Assembly: GCA_963828135.1 (NCBI GenBank)
Contig: CAWHDS010000001.1
Coordinates: 108,087-172,086, forward strand
Direction: 5' to 3'
Length of the DNA stretch: 64,000 nt
Source of the DNA: an uncultured Solirubrobacterales bacterium
GTDB taxonomy: Bacteria > Actinomycetota > Thermoleophilia > Solirubrobacterales > Solirubrobacteraceae
The notes under the pieces were generated by a model. That model was not told the DNA's origin and made no database searches. It saw only the letters and a list, made by a program, of their open reading frames with translations. Below, in pieces: positions 45,624 through 55,238 of this stretch; positions within the stretch are counted from its first letter, which is position 1, and the number at the start of each line of letters is the position of its first letter. The position numbers and the translations under genes are program-made.

Positions 45624-46565
45624 ATGAACGCGATCGAGGTCAGCGGGCTGGTCAAGCGCTACGACGAACTCGAGGCCGTCCGCGGCGTCTCCTTCGAGGT
45701 CGCCGCTGGCGAGGTCTTCTGCCTGCTCGGTCCCAACGGCGCCGGCAAGACCACGATCACCGAGATCCTCGAGGGCTACCGGTCGCGCAGCGCCGGCGAG
45801 GCCAGCGTCCTGGGGCTCGATCCGGCCTCCGGCGCGCGCGCGCTGCGTGAGCGGGTCGGCATCGTGCTGCAGTCCTGCGGCGTGCAGGAATATCTGACGG
45901 TCGGCGAGTTGGTCGAGATGTACGGGCGCTACCACCGTCACTCCCGCAGCGCCGATGAGCTGATCGAGCTCGTCGAGCTCGACGCCAAGCGCGACACGTG
46001 CGCCGCGCAGCTCTCCGGCGGCCAGCGGCGGCGGCTCGATCTCGCGCTGGCACTGGTCGGCGACCCCGACCTGGTCTTCCTCGACGAACCGACGACGGGC
46101 TTCGACCCCCAGGCGCGCCGCCAGGCCTGGGCGACGATCCGCGCGCTCTGCGGCCTCGGCAAGACAATCTTCCTGACGACCCACTTCATGGACGAAGCGC
46201 AGACGCTGGCCGACCGCGTCGCGGTGATGCGCGCCGGTGAGATCATCGCGATCGGGGCTCCAAACGAGCTCGGGGGCCGCGACGCGCGCCCGGCCGAGAT
46301 CCGCTTCGAACTGCCCGACGGCTGCGCGCTCGAACAGCTTCCCGACGTGCCGGCGCTGGAGCGGCGCGCCGAGGGCCGGCGGGTGTTGATCCGCACCGAG
46401 CAGGCGGTCCGCGCGACCGCGCAGATCACCGCCTGGGCGCTCGACCACGACCTCGAGCTCGCCCAGTTCTCCGTCACGCAGCCATCGCTCGAGGACGTCT
46501 ACCTCGAGTTGACGGGCGAGCACGTCACGAACGAGCGAGATCAGCTGGAGGCGCTCCGGCGATGA
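45624..46565 (+). CDS. ABC-2 type transporter ATP-binding protein (DrrA-like)
   Basis: GPNGAGKTT, LSGGQRRRLDLALAL and VFLDEPTTGFD. Confidence 0.9.
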   Translation: MNAIEVSGLVKRYDELEAVRGVSFEVAAGEVFCLLGPNGAGKTTITEILEGYRSRSAGEASVLGLDPASGARALRERVGIVLQSCGVQEYLTVGELVEMYGRYHRHSRSADELIELVELDAKRDTCAAQLSGGQRRRLDLALALVGDPDLVFLDEPTTGFDPQARRQAWATIRALCGLGKTIFLTTHFMDEAQTLADRVAVMRAGEIIAIGAPNELGGRDARPAEIRFELPDGCALEQLPDVPALERRAEGRRVLIRTEQAVRATAQITAWALDHDLELAQFSVTQPSLEDVYLELTGEHVTNERDQLEALRR

Positions 46566-47365
46566 GCGAGATCCCGACGACGAGCAGCCTGCGGCGGGAT
46601 CTCGGCCTCACCGCTTGGCAGGCGCTCTACGAACAGCGCGCCTTCTGGCGCAATCGCGCCCGCGCCTTCTTCTCCTTCCTGATGCCGATCATGTTCCTGG
46701 TGATCTTCGCGTCGATCTTCGGCACAAGCACCATCTCGTCACGCCACGGTCTGCCCTACAACGACTTCTTCGTGCCCGGCATCCTCGCCTACGGGATCAT
46801 CGCGACGACCTTCTTCAACAACGCCCTCAGCACGGCGATCCTGCGCGACCAGGGCGTGCTGAAGCGGATGCAGGGGACGCCGCTGCCGCGCTGGTCCTAC
46901 ATCGGCGGACGGATCGCATCGTCCAGTGTGACGACGCTGATCATGACCGCGCTGGTGCTCCTGATCGGGAGGCTCGGCTACAACGTCCACGTTCGCAGCG
47001 CGACACTCGCGGGCTTCTTCGTCGCGCTCGTGCTCGGCAGCGCCTGCTTCACGACGATCGGGATCGGCGTCGTCCGCTACATCCGCAACGCCGACGCTGC
47101 GCCGGCGGTGCTCAACTTCGCGATCCTCCCTTTGACCTTCATCTCGGGGATCTGGTTCGTGACCGACAACGAGCCCGCATGGCTGCGCCACGTCGCCGAG
47201 GTTTTCCCCGTCCACGCCCTCGCCGACGCCCTGCAGTATGCGTTCAACCCCGCCACGACCGGCTCGGGGATCAAGGGCAACGACGTGCTCGTGCTCGGGA
47301 TCTGGCTGATCGTCGGCGTCGTGCTGATGATCCGCTTCCTGCGCCAGCCGCTCGGCGAGGCGTGA
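46562..47365 (+). CDS. ABC-2 type transporter permease
   Basis: 267 aa with 6 TM helices. ATGA overlap with the ATPase gene. Confidence 0.85.
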   Translation: MSEIPTTSSLRRDLGLTAWQALYEQRAFWRNRARAFFSFLMPIMFLVIFASIFGTSTISSRHGLPYNDFFVPGILAYGIIATTFFNNALSTAILRDQGVLKRMQGTPLPRWSYIGGRIASSSVTTLIMTALVLLIGRLGYNVHVRSATLAGFFVALVLGSACFTTIGIGVVRYIRNADAAPAVLNFAILPLTFISGIWFVTDNEPAWLRHVAEVFPVHALADALQYAFNPATTGSGIKGNDVLVLGIWLIVGVVLMIRFLRQPLGEA

Positions 47366-47445
47366 GCGAGGCGGCTGCGACCCACCGACCGGCGCGAGGC
47401 GCCGATCCTCCCCGCCGCTGGCTCTGAGCGGGCAACCCGGCGATC

Positions 47446-47451
47446 TATAAT
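47446..47451 (+). promoter_or_regulatory. Perfect TATAAT hexamer 60 nt upstream of tRNA-Gln
   Basis: It is rare in this GC-rich sequence, but no clear -35 box was seen. Confidence 0.3.
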
Positions 47452-47510
47452 CGAGCAGGGTCGCGGCCCACCGAACCGTCGAACGGTGCGGCGGTCGCAG
47501 AGCCACGCTT

Positions 47511-47582
47511 TGCGGGATGGTGTAATCGGCAACACGTCTGCCTCTGGAGCAGAAATTTGGGGTTCGAGTCCCTGTCCCGCAG
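47511..47582 (+). tRNA. tRNA-Gln (anticodon CTG)
   Basis: Acceptor TGCGGGA/TCCCGCA (U1-A72, as in bacterial tRNA-Gln), anticodon stem-loop TCTGC-CTCTGGA-GCAGA, T-loop TTCGAGT. Ends are good to about 2 nt. Confidence 0.8.
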
Positions 47583-47659
47583 TTGACGCCGGTCCGCCAC
47601 GGTCGCCCCGCTCGCGCGCCACGCGCCGGCCGCGGCCAGTGGCGTGAGCGCCACGCCGC

Positions 47660-48067
47660 TCAGCTCATCAGCATCCAGCAGGCGGCGGTCCAGTAGAAGC
47701 GCGTCGTGCCGCCGAGCAGCGGGTGTGGCAGCGCGATCGTCGCGTAGAGGCCGTCGAATGTGACCGGCGCCGTCGCCGCCGCGCGCAGGTCGGCGCGCAG
47801 CAGGGCACGGCCGCCGGGCTTGGCCAGCAGACGAGCGCTGCGGGCATCCCAGCGCTGCGCGCAGGTCCTGCCGCCGACGGTCGTCGTCAGCGGCGCGTAG
47901 AGCTTGCCGCAGGCGGCGGCCCCGTCGCGGCTGAGCTCCGCCGTGATCACGGTCGACGCGGCGGCGCGCAGGTTCGCCGTCGAACCGACGCTTGTCGCCG
48001 AAGCGTTGGCCGACAGCGCGAAGGCGAGCACACCGGCACAACCGAGCAGCTGGAAACCTCGTCGCAT
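47660..48067 (-). CDS. Hypothetical secreted protein
   Basis: 135 aa with a signal peptide (MRRGFQLLGCAGVLAFALSANASA). I recognise no family. Confidence 0.5.
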   Translation of the reverse strand: MRRGFQLLGCAGVLAFALSANASATSVGSTANLRAAASTVITAELSRDGAAACGKLYAPLTTTVGGRTCAQRWDARSARLLAKPGGRALLRADLRAAATAPVTFDGLYATIALPHPLLGGTTRFYWTAACWMLMS

Positions 48068-48125
48068 CTCCGCGAGGGTACCCGCAACGCGAGCACTCCC
48101 CCACCGAAGATCGACGTCTGTTCGA

Positions 48126-48785
48126 TCAGTCCGGTGCGAACACCGGCGTGATCTGGTCCTCGAGGCCAGAGTCGAGCACGAGCAGGACCTGATCGCCGGC
48201 TTCGACGACCGTGTCGGCGGTCGGCACGAAGCCGCGCCCGTCGCGCAGCACGGAGATGATCAGGCTGCCCTGCGGCAGCGCGACATCGGCCACGCGCTTG
48301 GACGCCGCCGGCGCCGCCTCCTGCACCTCCAGTTCGATGATCTCGAGCCGCTCCTCCTCGAGCGCGAGCAGATGGACGAGGCCGTATCGGGGCACCTCGT
48401 GCTCGATCAGGCGCAGGATCAGATCCGTCGCCGAGACCACCGGCTGAATCCCGAGCAGCTTGAAGTGCTGCAGGTTGCGCGGGTTGTTGACGCGGGCGAT
48501 CACGCGCTCGCAGAGGTACTTCTCCTTCGCCACCTGGCAGACCAGCATGTTGTCCTCGTCGTCGCCGGTCACCGCGACCACCAGGTCGGCGCGCTGGATT
48601 CCGGCGCGCTCCAGGACCCACAGCTCGGTCGCGTCGCCGTACTGGACCGCGTGCTCGAGCTCCTCCTCGACGACCAGGTAGCGCCGGCGGTCCGCCTCCA
48701 GCAGCGTCACCTCGTGTCCTTTCGCGATCAGCTCGCGACTCAGGTTGAGTCCGACCTTGCCGGACCCGACGACGATCACGTACAC
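48126..48785 (-). CDS. TrkA-family K+ transport regulatory protein (RCK N + C domains)
   Basis: VIVVGSGKVGLNLSRELIAKGHEVTLLE Rossmann motif plus a TrkA-C domain. GTG start. Confidence 0.85.
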   Translation of the reverse strand: MYVIVVGSGKVGLNLSRELIAKGHEVTLLEADRRRYLVVEEELEHAVQYGDATELWVLERAGIQRADLVVAVTGDDEDNMLVCQVAKEKYLCERVIARVNNPRNLQHFKLLGIQPVVSATDLILRLIEHEVPRYGLVHLLALEEERLEIIELEVQEAAPAASKRVADVALPQGSLIISVLRDGRGFVPTADTVVEAGDQVLLVLDSGLEDQITPVFAPD

Positions 48786-48787
48786 CG

Positions 48788-49213
48788 CTACTGCTCCGCT
48801 CCGAGCGCCTGCTCGAACATCTCGATCGCGTGCTGCGTCGGCGAGATCGTGTGCAGGCCCTGCTCGGCATACCAGGCGGCGCGCGCCGGGTCCATCACGC
48901 GGCAGAGCACCTTTTCGATGCCGAAGCGGCGCTTGACGATCTGCGCCACCGTCAGGTTGGTGTTGTCGCCGTCGGTGGACGCGATGAACACGTCGGCCCG
49001 CTGGACGCCCGCCTCGATCAGCGCGTCGACCTCAAGCGCGGTGCCGACCGTGAAGATGCCGCCGGCGTCCTCCCAGGTCTGACCCTCGACCTCGACAAGC
49101 CGCTCGTGCGAGAGCGGGTCCTCGTCCAAGACGGACACCTCGTGGCCCTGCGCAAGGGCACGCTTGGCGACGGCGGATCCCACGCGGCCCGCTCCGACGA
49201 TCAACACGAACAT
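48788..49213 (-). CDS. TrkA-N (RCK NAD-binding) domain protein
   Basis: MFVLIVGAGRVGSAVAKRALAQGHEVSVLDED, 141 aa. The start was chosen at ATG 49213. Confidence 0.8.
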   Translation of the reverse strand: MFVLIVGAGRVGSAVAKRALAQGHEVSVLDEDPLSHERLVEVEGQTWEDAGGIFTVGTALEVDALIEAGVQRADVFIASTDGDNTNLTVAQIVKRRFGIEKVLCRVMDPARAAWYAEQGLHTISPTQHAIEMFEQALGAEQ

Positions 49214-49224
49214 CGGGCCTGATG

Positions 49225-51177
49225 CTACTGGTCGGGCGCTCCGGCGCGCACCGGCGCAGGCGTGCGCGCAGGAGCCGTGAGGATAACGCGGCAACGAGCA
49301 CGGTCGACGACGTAGCGAATCGTCTCCGAAACGGTGCTCTCGCCGACCAGCGTTCGCCCGCCGAGCAGGGACCCTGCGCGGCTGCGGGCCGTCTCATCGG
49401 CCGCGAGCACGATCGCCTCAACGCCACGCCGGCGGGCCTCGTCGATGATCGCCTGGCCGAAGCGCCGGGCCCGGACCGTGGCGGTTGCGACCTCGACGCC
49501 GCCGTACTCCTCGCCGACGCGCTTCGCGCGCGCGAGCGCCGCCCGCGCCGCCTTCAGCTGCGGCTCGGGCAGCGGCGCATCAAGCGGCAGCGACATCGGC
49601 ACACGGAAGATCCAGATCGCCTCGATCGTCGCCCGGTCGATCGCCGCTTCGTCGGCGCTCTCCGAGGAGACGAGCAGCGCCGCGGTCTGGACGAGATCGT
49701 CGTCGAGCTCGCCGCCGAGCAGCGGCACGAGGATCGAGCCGAAGTCACGCTCGGGCGCGCGGGCACGCAGCACGGCCTCCGGCACGGTGACGCGCGCGCC
49801 AACGGCTCGGCCCTCACGCTTGCGGTAGAGGACGAAGAAGACGATGCCGGCGAGCACCCAGGCGAGCCCCACGTAACGGGCGCCTGAGTGCAGCACGATC
49901 ACGGTGATCCAGCCGGCACCCGAGAGCAGCGCGCCGAGCGCCGCCGGCAGCGGCAGCACGCCGCCCCGCAAGTTGATCCCGCCCGGCATCCGGTACGGCC
50001 GCGGCCGGTCGGGCTCGCGGTAGCGAAGCACGCAGATCGAGAGGTGGGCGATCGTGAAGGCGAGCATCGCGCCGAACGCAAAGATCCCGAAGAGGAGGTT
50101 GAGGTCGCCCGTGGCCACGAGCGCGCCGGCGACGATCGCAGCCAGGCCGATCAGCACGAACGGCGTCGCGCGCTGCGGATGCAGGCGCCCCAGCGCGCTC
50201 GGGATCTGCCGATTGGTCGCGAGCGAGAAGGCGAGGCGCGAAAGGCCGAGCATCGCCGACCGCGCGGCGGCGATCAGGGTCAGAGCGGCTGCCGCTGCCA
50301 CGGTGTACTTCAGCGCGTCGGCGAGCGCGGGCGGGTGGAAGCGCTCGACGATTCCGATCACCGGCGCGCCGAGGTGGCTCGTGGCGAGCAACGAGTGTCC
50401 GCCCACGATCGGCACGGCCGTCACCGCCACGACCGCCATGCCCACGTAGACGACCAGGATCGTGAGGCTGGCGCCCCAGGTGATGCGGCGAATGCCGGTG
50501 CGGCTCACCGCAAGCTCGCCGGAGAGGCCGGACGCCGATTCGAGGCTCATGAAGGCGACGGTCGTGATCGCGAGCGCGTAGATCACGCCCGACCACGTCG
50601 GCGCGGTGCCCAGGCGGATGTGCCCGGTGATCGTCGGCAGATGGAAGAACAGCACCAGCCCGATCACGATCACGACCAGCTGGATGACCACGTCGAGTGC
50701 GACGATCGCGAGGATCCGGCGAGCTCGGCGCAGCGAGGAGAGGCCGAGGATGTTCACGATCGCGACGTAGGCGACGACGGCCAGCGCGAGAGCGACGCGC
50801 GGAGCACCGTGGCCGAACGCCGGGATGAACGTGGCCAGGTAGTCCGCGGCCGTGAGCGCGCAGACGGCGATCAGGATCACGTAGTCGAGCAGCACCGCGG
50901 CGGCTGCGACGAAGCTGACGAGCTCGTTGAACGCGTAGCGGGCGAAGACCGTCGAGCCGGCACGGTCGGGATGCATCTTGGCGCCCTCGAGGTAGGTCAT
51001 CGCGGTCAGCGCGAAGAACAGCCCCGCGGCCAGGTAGACGAGCGGCGTGAGACCGAGCGCGTGCCCGGACACGATGCCCAGCGAGAAGTAGATCGAGCTC
51101 GCCAGCGACGTCCAGATGATGACCCCAAGCCGCGTCCAGCCGATCGAGCCCGACCCCTGGCCCCAGGAGTCGCTCAT
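49225..51177 (-). CDS. APC-superfamily permease fused to C-terminal universal stress protein (Usp) domains
   Basis: About 12 TM helices, then a soluble domain of about 200 aa with Usp-like strands (ILVPLLGGELDDDLV...AIVLAADE...VILTAP). The ATG at 51177 overlaps the upstream stop (ATGA). Confidence 0.8.
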   Translation of the reverse strand: MSDSWGQGSGSIGWTRLGVIIWTSLASSIYFSLGIVSGHALGLTPLVYLAAGLFFALTAMTYLEGAKMHPDRAGSTVFARYAFNELVSFVAAAAVLLDYVILIAVCALTAADYLATFIPAFGHGAPRVALALAVVAYVAIVNILGLSSLRRARRILAIVALDVVIQLVVIVIGLVLFFHLPTITGHIRLGTAPTWSGVIYALAITTVAFMSLESASGLSGELAVSRTGIRRITWGASLTILVVYVGMAVVAVTAVPIVGGHSLLATSHLGAPVIGIVERFHPPALADALKYTVAAAAALTLIAAARSAMLGLSRLAFSLATNRQIPSALGRLHPQRATPFVLIGLAAIVAGALVATGDLNLLFGIFAFGAMLAFTIAHLSICVLRYREPDRPRPYRMPGGINLRGGVLPLPAALGALLSGAGWITVIVLHSGARYVGLAWVLAGIVFFVLYRKREGRAVGARVTVPEAVLRARAPERDFGSILVPLLGGELDDDLVQTAALLVSSESADEAAIDRATIEAIWIFRVPMSLPLDAPLPEPQLKAARAALARAKRVGEEYGGVEVATATVRARRFGQAIIDEARRRGVEAIVLAADETARSRAGSLLGGRTLVGESTVSETIRYVVDRARCRVILTAPARTPAPVRAGAPDQ

Positions 51178-51374
51178 CGTCGCCGGCGCTGCTGCGCGAC
51201 GACCCACAGGCGGCCCGCTCCGGCGGCGACCATGGCGAAACCGAGCACGACGGCGAGCAGCGCGCCGCGCGCGATCAGCAGCACGCCGAGCACGATCATC
51301 GCCGCCGACAGGACCCGCGTGACGCCATCGTGGACGGCGCGCCCTCGTCCTTGCGGCGACGGTCGGCGTGTCAT
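51174..51374 (-). CDS. Hypothetical small membrane protein (66 aa)
   Basis: Two hydrophobic helices between Arg-rich ends, coupled by ATGA to the APC gene. Confidence 0.35.
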   Translation of the reverse strand: MTRRPSPQGRGRAVHDGVTRVLSAAMIVLGVLLIARGALLAVVLGFAMVAAGAGRLWVVAQQRRRR

Positions 51375-51379
51375 CGGCG

Positions 51380-53443
51380 CTACGTGATCAGGGGGATGAT
51401 CAGGATCGCAACGATGTTCGCGACCTTGATCATCGGGTTGATCGCAGGCCCGGCCGTGTCCTTGAACGGGTCGCCCACCGTGTCGCCGGTGACGGACGCC
51501 GCGTGGGCGTCAGAGCCCTTGCCGCCGTAGGCGCCGTCCTCGATCAGCTTCTTGGCGTTGTCCCACGCGCCGCCGCCGGCCGTCATCAGCACGGCGAAGA
51601 AGAAGCCGACGACGATCACGCCGATCAGCATCCCTCCTAGTGCCTGGACGTCGATCAGACCGACGATCAGCGTCAGCACGATCGGCAGCAGCGAGGGCAG
51701 GATCATCTCGCGCTGCGCGGTGCGGGTGACGATGTCGACGCAGGTCGCGTAGTCGGGCTGCTCGGTTCCGTCCATGATCCCCGGCTTCTCGCGGAACTGC
51801 CGGCGAACCTCCTCGACGACGGCTCCACCGGCGCGCCCGACGGCCTCGATCGACAGCGACGCGAAGAGGCACACCATCATCCCGCCGATGATCAGGCCGA
51901 TCAGCACGGGCGGAGAGCTGATCGAGAAGGAGTAGACGTGGCCCTTTGCCGCCAGCTCGTCCTTGAAGCCGGCGAACAGCACGACCGCGGCAAGCACCGC
52001 CGAACCGATCGCGTAGCCCTTCGTCACGGCTTTCGTGGTGTTGCCGACCGCGTCGAGCGGGTCGGTGACATTGCGGACCTCCTCGGGCAGGTCTGCCATC
52101 TCGGCGATCCCGCCGGCATTGTCCGTGATCGGGCCGAACGCGTCGAGCGCCACGATCAGGCCGGTCAGCGACAGCTGACCCATCACGGCGACGCCGATGC
52201 CGTAGATGCCGGTCGTCCCACCGCCGGCGAGCTTCCACGACACCAGGATGCCGAGCACCAGCACGATCGCCGGCAGCGCCGTCGCCTGCAGGCCCGAGGC
52301 GAAGCCCTGGATGATGTTCGTCGCGTGACCGGTCAGCGAGGCTTTCGAGGTCTTCTTGACGGGCGAGAAGCGCGTCGAGGTGTAGTAGTCGGTCAACACG
52401 AACAGGCAGGCCGTCACAACGATGCCCACCAGCGCGCACAGGTAGAGCTTGACCCAGCCGGGAGCGCCGGTGCCGCTCTTGAGCACGACGCCGTGCATCA
52501 GCCAGTAGGTGATCGGTGCAAACGCCGCGGCGGCGATCACGGCCGAGGCGATCAGGCCCTTGTAGAGCGCGCGCTCGACGTTGCCGACGCTGGAGCGCAC
52601 GAAGAAGGTGCCGATGATCGAGGCGACGATCGCGACGCCGCCCAACAGCAGCGGGAAGAGCGCAACGCGCGTGCTCTGGCTGAACGTGAGCACGCCGAGC
52701 AGCATCACCGCCACGGCCGTCACCGCGTACGTCTCGAACAGGTCCGCAGCCATGCCGGCGCAGTCGCCGACGTTGTCGCCAACGTTGTCGGCGATCACCG
52801 CCGGGTTACGGGGATCGTCCTCCGGGATGCCCGCCTCGACCTTGCCGACGAGGTCGGCGCCGACGTCCGCTGCCTTGGTGAAGATGCCGCCGCCGAGCCG
52901 CGCGAACACGGAGATCAGCGAACCGCCGAAGCCGAGACCGATCAGCGCATCGATCGCCGTCTTCGGGCTGTCGTGGAAGATCGCGGTGAGCACGCCGTAG
53001 TAGCCCGACACGCCGGTCAGCGCGAGGCCGACGACGAGCAGGCCCGTGACCGCGCCGCCGCGGAACGCCGCGCTCAACGCCGGCGGCACCCCACCACGAG
53101 CCGCCTCGGCGACGCGCGCGTTCGCCCGCACCGACACGTTCATGCCGATGTAGCCGGTCGAACCCGAGAGCAGCCCCCCGACCGCGAATCCGGCCGCCAC
53201 CGCGATGTTCTGCACGAAGATCAGCGCGATGAACAGCACGACACCAACGCCGGCGATCGTCGTGTACTGACGGTTCAGATACGCGCGCGCGCCGGCCTGG
53301 ACGGCGGCGGAGATGCTCTGCATCCGCTCGTTGCCCGGCGAGAGTGCCAGCAACGCGCGCGCTGTGAGCGCTCCGTAAAGGACTGCGCACGCCGCACACA
53401 CGAGGGCGACGACGACCCCGTGATTCGTCAGAAAATTACTCAA
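51380..53443 (-). CDS. hppA: Membrane-bound H+-translocating pyrophosphatase
   Basis: 687 aa with [47 protein letters not shown] and DNAKK...[11 protein letters not shown] motifs. TTG start with GAGGAG upstream. Confidence 0.95.
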   Translation of the reverse strand: MSNFLTNHGVVVALVCAACAVLYGALTARALLALSPGNERMQSISAAVQAGARAYLNRQYTTIAGVGVVLFIALIFVQNIAVAAGFAVGGLLSGSTGYIGMNVSVRANARVAEAARGGVPPALSAAFRGGAVTGLLVVGLALTGVSGYYGVLTAIFHDSPKTAIDALIGLGFGGSLISVFARLGGGIFTKAADVGADLVGKVEAGIPEDDPRNPAVIADNVGDNVGDCAGMAADLFETYAVTAVAVMLLGVLTFSQSTRVALFPLLLGGVAIVASIIGTFFVRSSVGNVERALYKGLIASAVIAAAAFAPITYWLMHGVVLKSGTGAPGWVKLYLCALVGIVVTACLFVLTDYYTSTRFSPVKKTSKASLTGHATNIIQGFASGLQATALPAIVLVLGILVSWKLAGGGTTGIYGIGVAVMGQLSLTGLIVALDAFGPITDNAGGIAEMADLPEEVRNVTDPLDAVGNTTKAVTKGYAIGSAVLAAVVLFAGFKDELAAKGHVYSFSISSPPVLIGLIIGGMMVCLFASLSIEAVGRAGGAVVEEVRRQFREKPGIMDGTEQPDYATCVDIVTRTAQREMILPSLLPIVLTLIVGLIDVQALGGMLIGVIVVGFFFAVLMTAGGGAWDNAKKLIEDGAYGGKGSDAHAASVTGDTVGDPFKDTAGPAINPMIKVANIVAILIIPLIT

Positions 53444-53533
53444 GGCAGCTCCTCACCATGACGTCTGCACGAGCGTTCGCACCGCCAGACACAACAGGAA
53501 AGCCGGACGGGATCACACGCCCGCCCGGCATGT

Positions 53534-53561
53534 AACAAACAGCGAGCAGTCTATAGCTCGC
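53534..53561 (-). terminator. Intrinsic-terminator-like hairpin
   Basis: On the minus strand, GCGAGC-tatagact-GCTCGC is followed by TGTTTGTT, 19 nt after the stop of the 53580-54080 gene. Confidence 0.4.
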
Positions 53562-53579
53562 GGCGGCGCGAGGGCAGGC

Positions 53580-54080
53580 TCACGAGCCCGGCACCCACAG
53601 GCGACCGCTGCGTTGCGCCGGGCCGGCGTCGGGTTTGCCGCCGTCGCCCGGACCGCGCGCCGGCGGCGGCGCCGGCGGTGCGTCAGCGCCCGGACCGCCG
53701 GCGTTACCGCCACCCGGACCGCTCGCCGTCGCGGCTGTGGCCGCCACCCCTGCGAGCTTCGCGTACTCGAACTGCAGGGCGGAGATCGCCTCCCGCAGCG
53801 GCGCGAGCGTCGGTCCGGCCTCCCCCCGCTCCAGCACCGGCAGCAGCGCCCGCGCGCCGTCGATCGCGTCGCGCACCTGGCCGAGATCGCGCTCGCCCTC
53901 GGTGCCCGCCTCCAGTCCCAGCCGGCGCCCCGCGAGGCTGATCAGCGACACCGCGGTCTGCACGATCACGTCGGCCGGGGTGAGCAGGCGCAACTGCTCC
54001 TCCCACGCCGCGCGCAACTCCGCCTCGCTGGGCTCGCCGCCGGCGGCGCTGACGTTCGAATCCTGCGGCCCGGCGCTCAT
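53580..54080 (-). CDS. Hypothetical protein with a Pro/Gly/Ala-rich C-terminus
   Basis: 166 aa starting MSAGPQDSN.... ATGA overlap with the upstream ligase gene. Confidence 0.5.
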   Translation of the reverse strand: MSAGPQDSNVSAAGGEPSEAELRAAWEEQLRLLTPADVIVQTAVSLISLAGRRLGLEAGTEGERDLGQVRDAIDGARALLPVLERGEAGPTLAPLREAISALQFEYAKLAGVAATAATASGPGGGNAGGPGADAPPAPPPARGPGDGGKPDAGPAQRSGRLWVPGS

Positions 54081-55234
54081 GCTGGAACCTCCTCCGAATA
54101 GGTCGCGCGCGTTGCGCGCACACAGCTCTCGAAAGCCTCGCGCATCGAGGCGCCCGCCTCGATCATCGCACGCTGGCGCTGCGCCCCGTTGGGCTCGCCG
54201 GACGGCTGCTCCAGCTCGAGCCGGTACGCGGCGCGCGCCGGCGCACTCCACGCCAGCAGGCGTTCCACGATCTCCGCCGACGGGTACTCCTCGCCGGTGG
54301 CGAAGTCGATCATCCGCCCGTCGAGCCCGTAGCGGATCGCCCGCCACATGTTCTCCTCGATCAGGTACCCGGCGAGCGGCTCGCCGCGGTCACCCTCGTC
54401 GAGTTCGAGCAGCGCCTGGGCGACACAGGCCACGATCAGGCCCGCCAGTGCCTCGGATTCGGGTGCCGTGGCCTGAACGTCGCAGATCCGAACCTCGACG
54501 GTGCCGTAGGAGAAATGCGGTCGCACCGACCACCACACCTGCGTGAACTCGATGATCGAGTGGGTCGCGATCAGCAGCTCGATGTAGCGCCGAAAGGCCG
54601 GCCAGCCGCCGAAGGCGTGCGGAACGCCGCAGCGCGGGAAGCTGCGCGTGAAGGTCTGCGTGCGCGCGGAGTGCAGCCCTGCGAGCCGCCCATCGAGGAA
54701 CGGCGAGTTCGCGGAAACCGCCAGCAGCAGCGGCAGCAGCGGTCGCATCCGGTCGCAGACGCGCACCGCCCGGTCGATGTCGCGAACGCCCACGTGCACG
54801 TGCAGGCTGAACGTGTTGTTGCGCCAGGCGACGTACTGCAGACCGTCTTCGACGCGATGGTAGTGCTCGTCGTCGATGACTGGCTGTTCACGGTAATCCG
54901 CCCACGGGTGCGTACCCGTCGCTCCGAGCTCGGCGCCGCGTGAGCCCGCAAGCGCGAACAGCGAGCGTCGACGTTCGCGCTGGCGGCGCAGCGCGTCGGC
55001 CAGATCCGCGCCGGCGCCGGAGATGATCTCGATCTCCGACGAGATCAGCTCGCCGGTGATGTGCCTGTGCAGCAGCGGATCGTCATGCGCCGCCGCGTCG
55101 CGCAGCTCCGCGAAGCGGGGCGCCAGGTCGAGCGTCTGCGGATCGAGGATCGAGAACTCCTCTTCGATCCCGACGGTCAGGTCGCTGGACGCCGCGAAAA
55201 TCTCGACGGCGCGGTCGAGGTCGATCGTCGACAA
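54077..55234 (-). CDS. Carboxylate-amine ligase, YbdK / glutamate-cysteine ligase family 2
   Basis: 385 aa with TVGIEEEFSILDPQT, HVHVGV and the rest of the GCS2 pattern. Confidence 0.85.
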   Translation of the reverse strand: MSTIDLDRAVEIFAASSDLTVGIEEEFSILDPQTLDLAPRFAELRDAAAHDDPLLHRHITGELISSEIEIISGAGADLADALRRQRERRRSLFALAGSRGAELGATGTHPWADYREQPVIDDEHYHRVEDGLQYVAWRNNTFSLHVHVGVRDIDRAVRVCDRMRPLLPLLLAVSANSPFLDGRLAGLHSARTQTFTRSFPRCGVPHAFGGWPAFRRYIELLIATHSIIEFTQVWWSVRPHFSYGTVEVRICDVQATAPESEALAGLIVACVAQALLELDEGDRGEPLAGYLIEENMWRAIRYGLDGRMIDFATGEEYPSAEIVERLLAWSAPARAAYRLELEQPSGEPNGAQRQRAMIEAGASMREAFESCVRATRATYSEEVPA

Positions 55235-55238
55235 GGGC

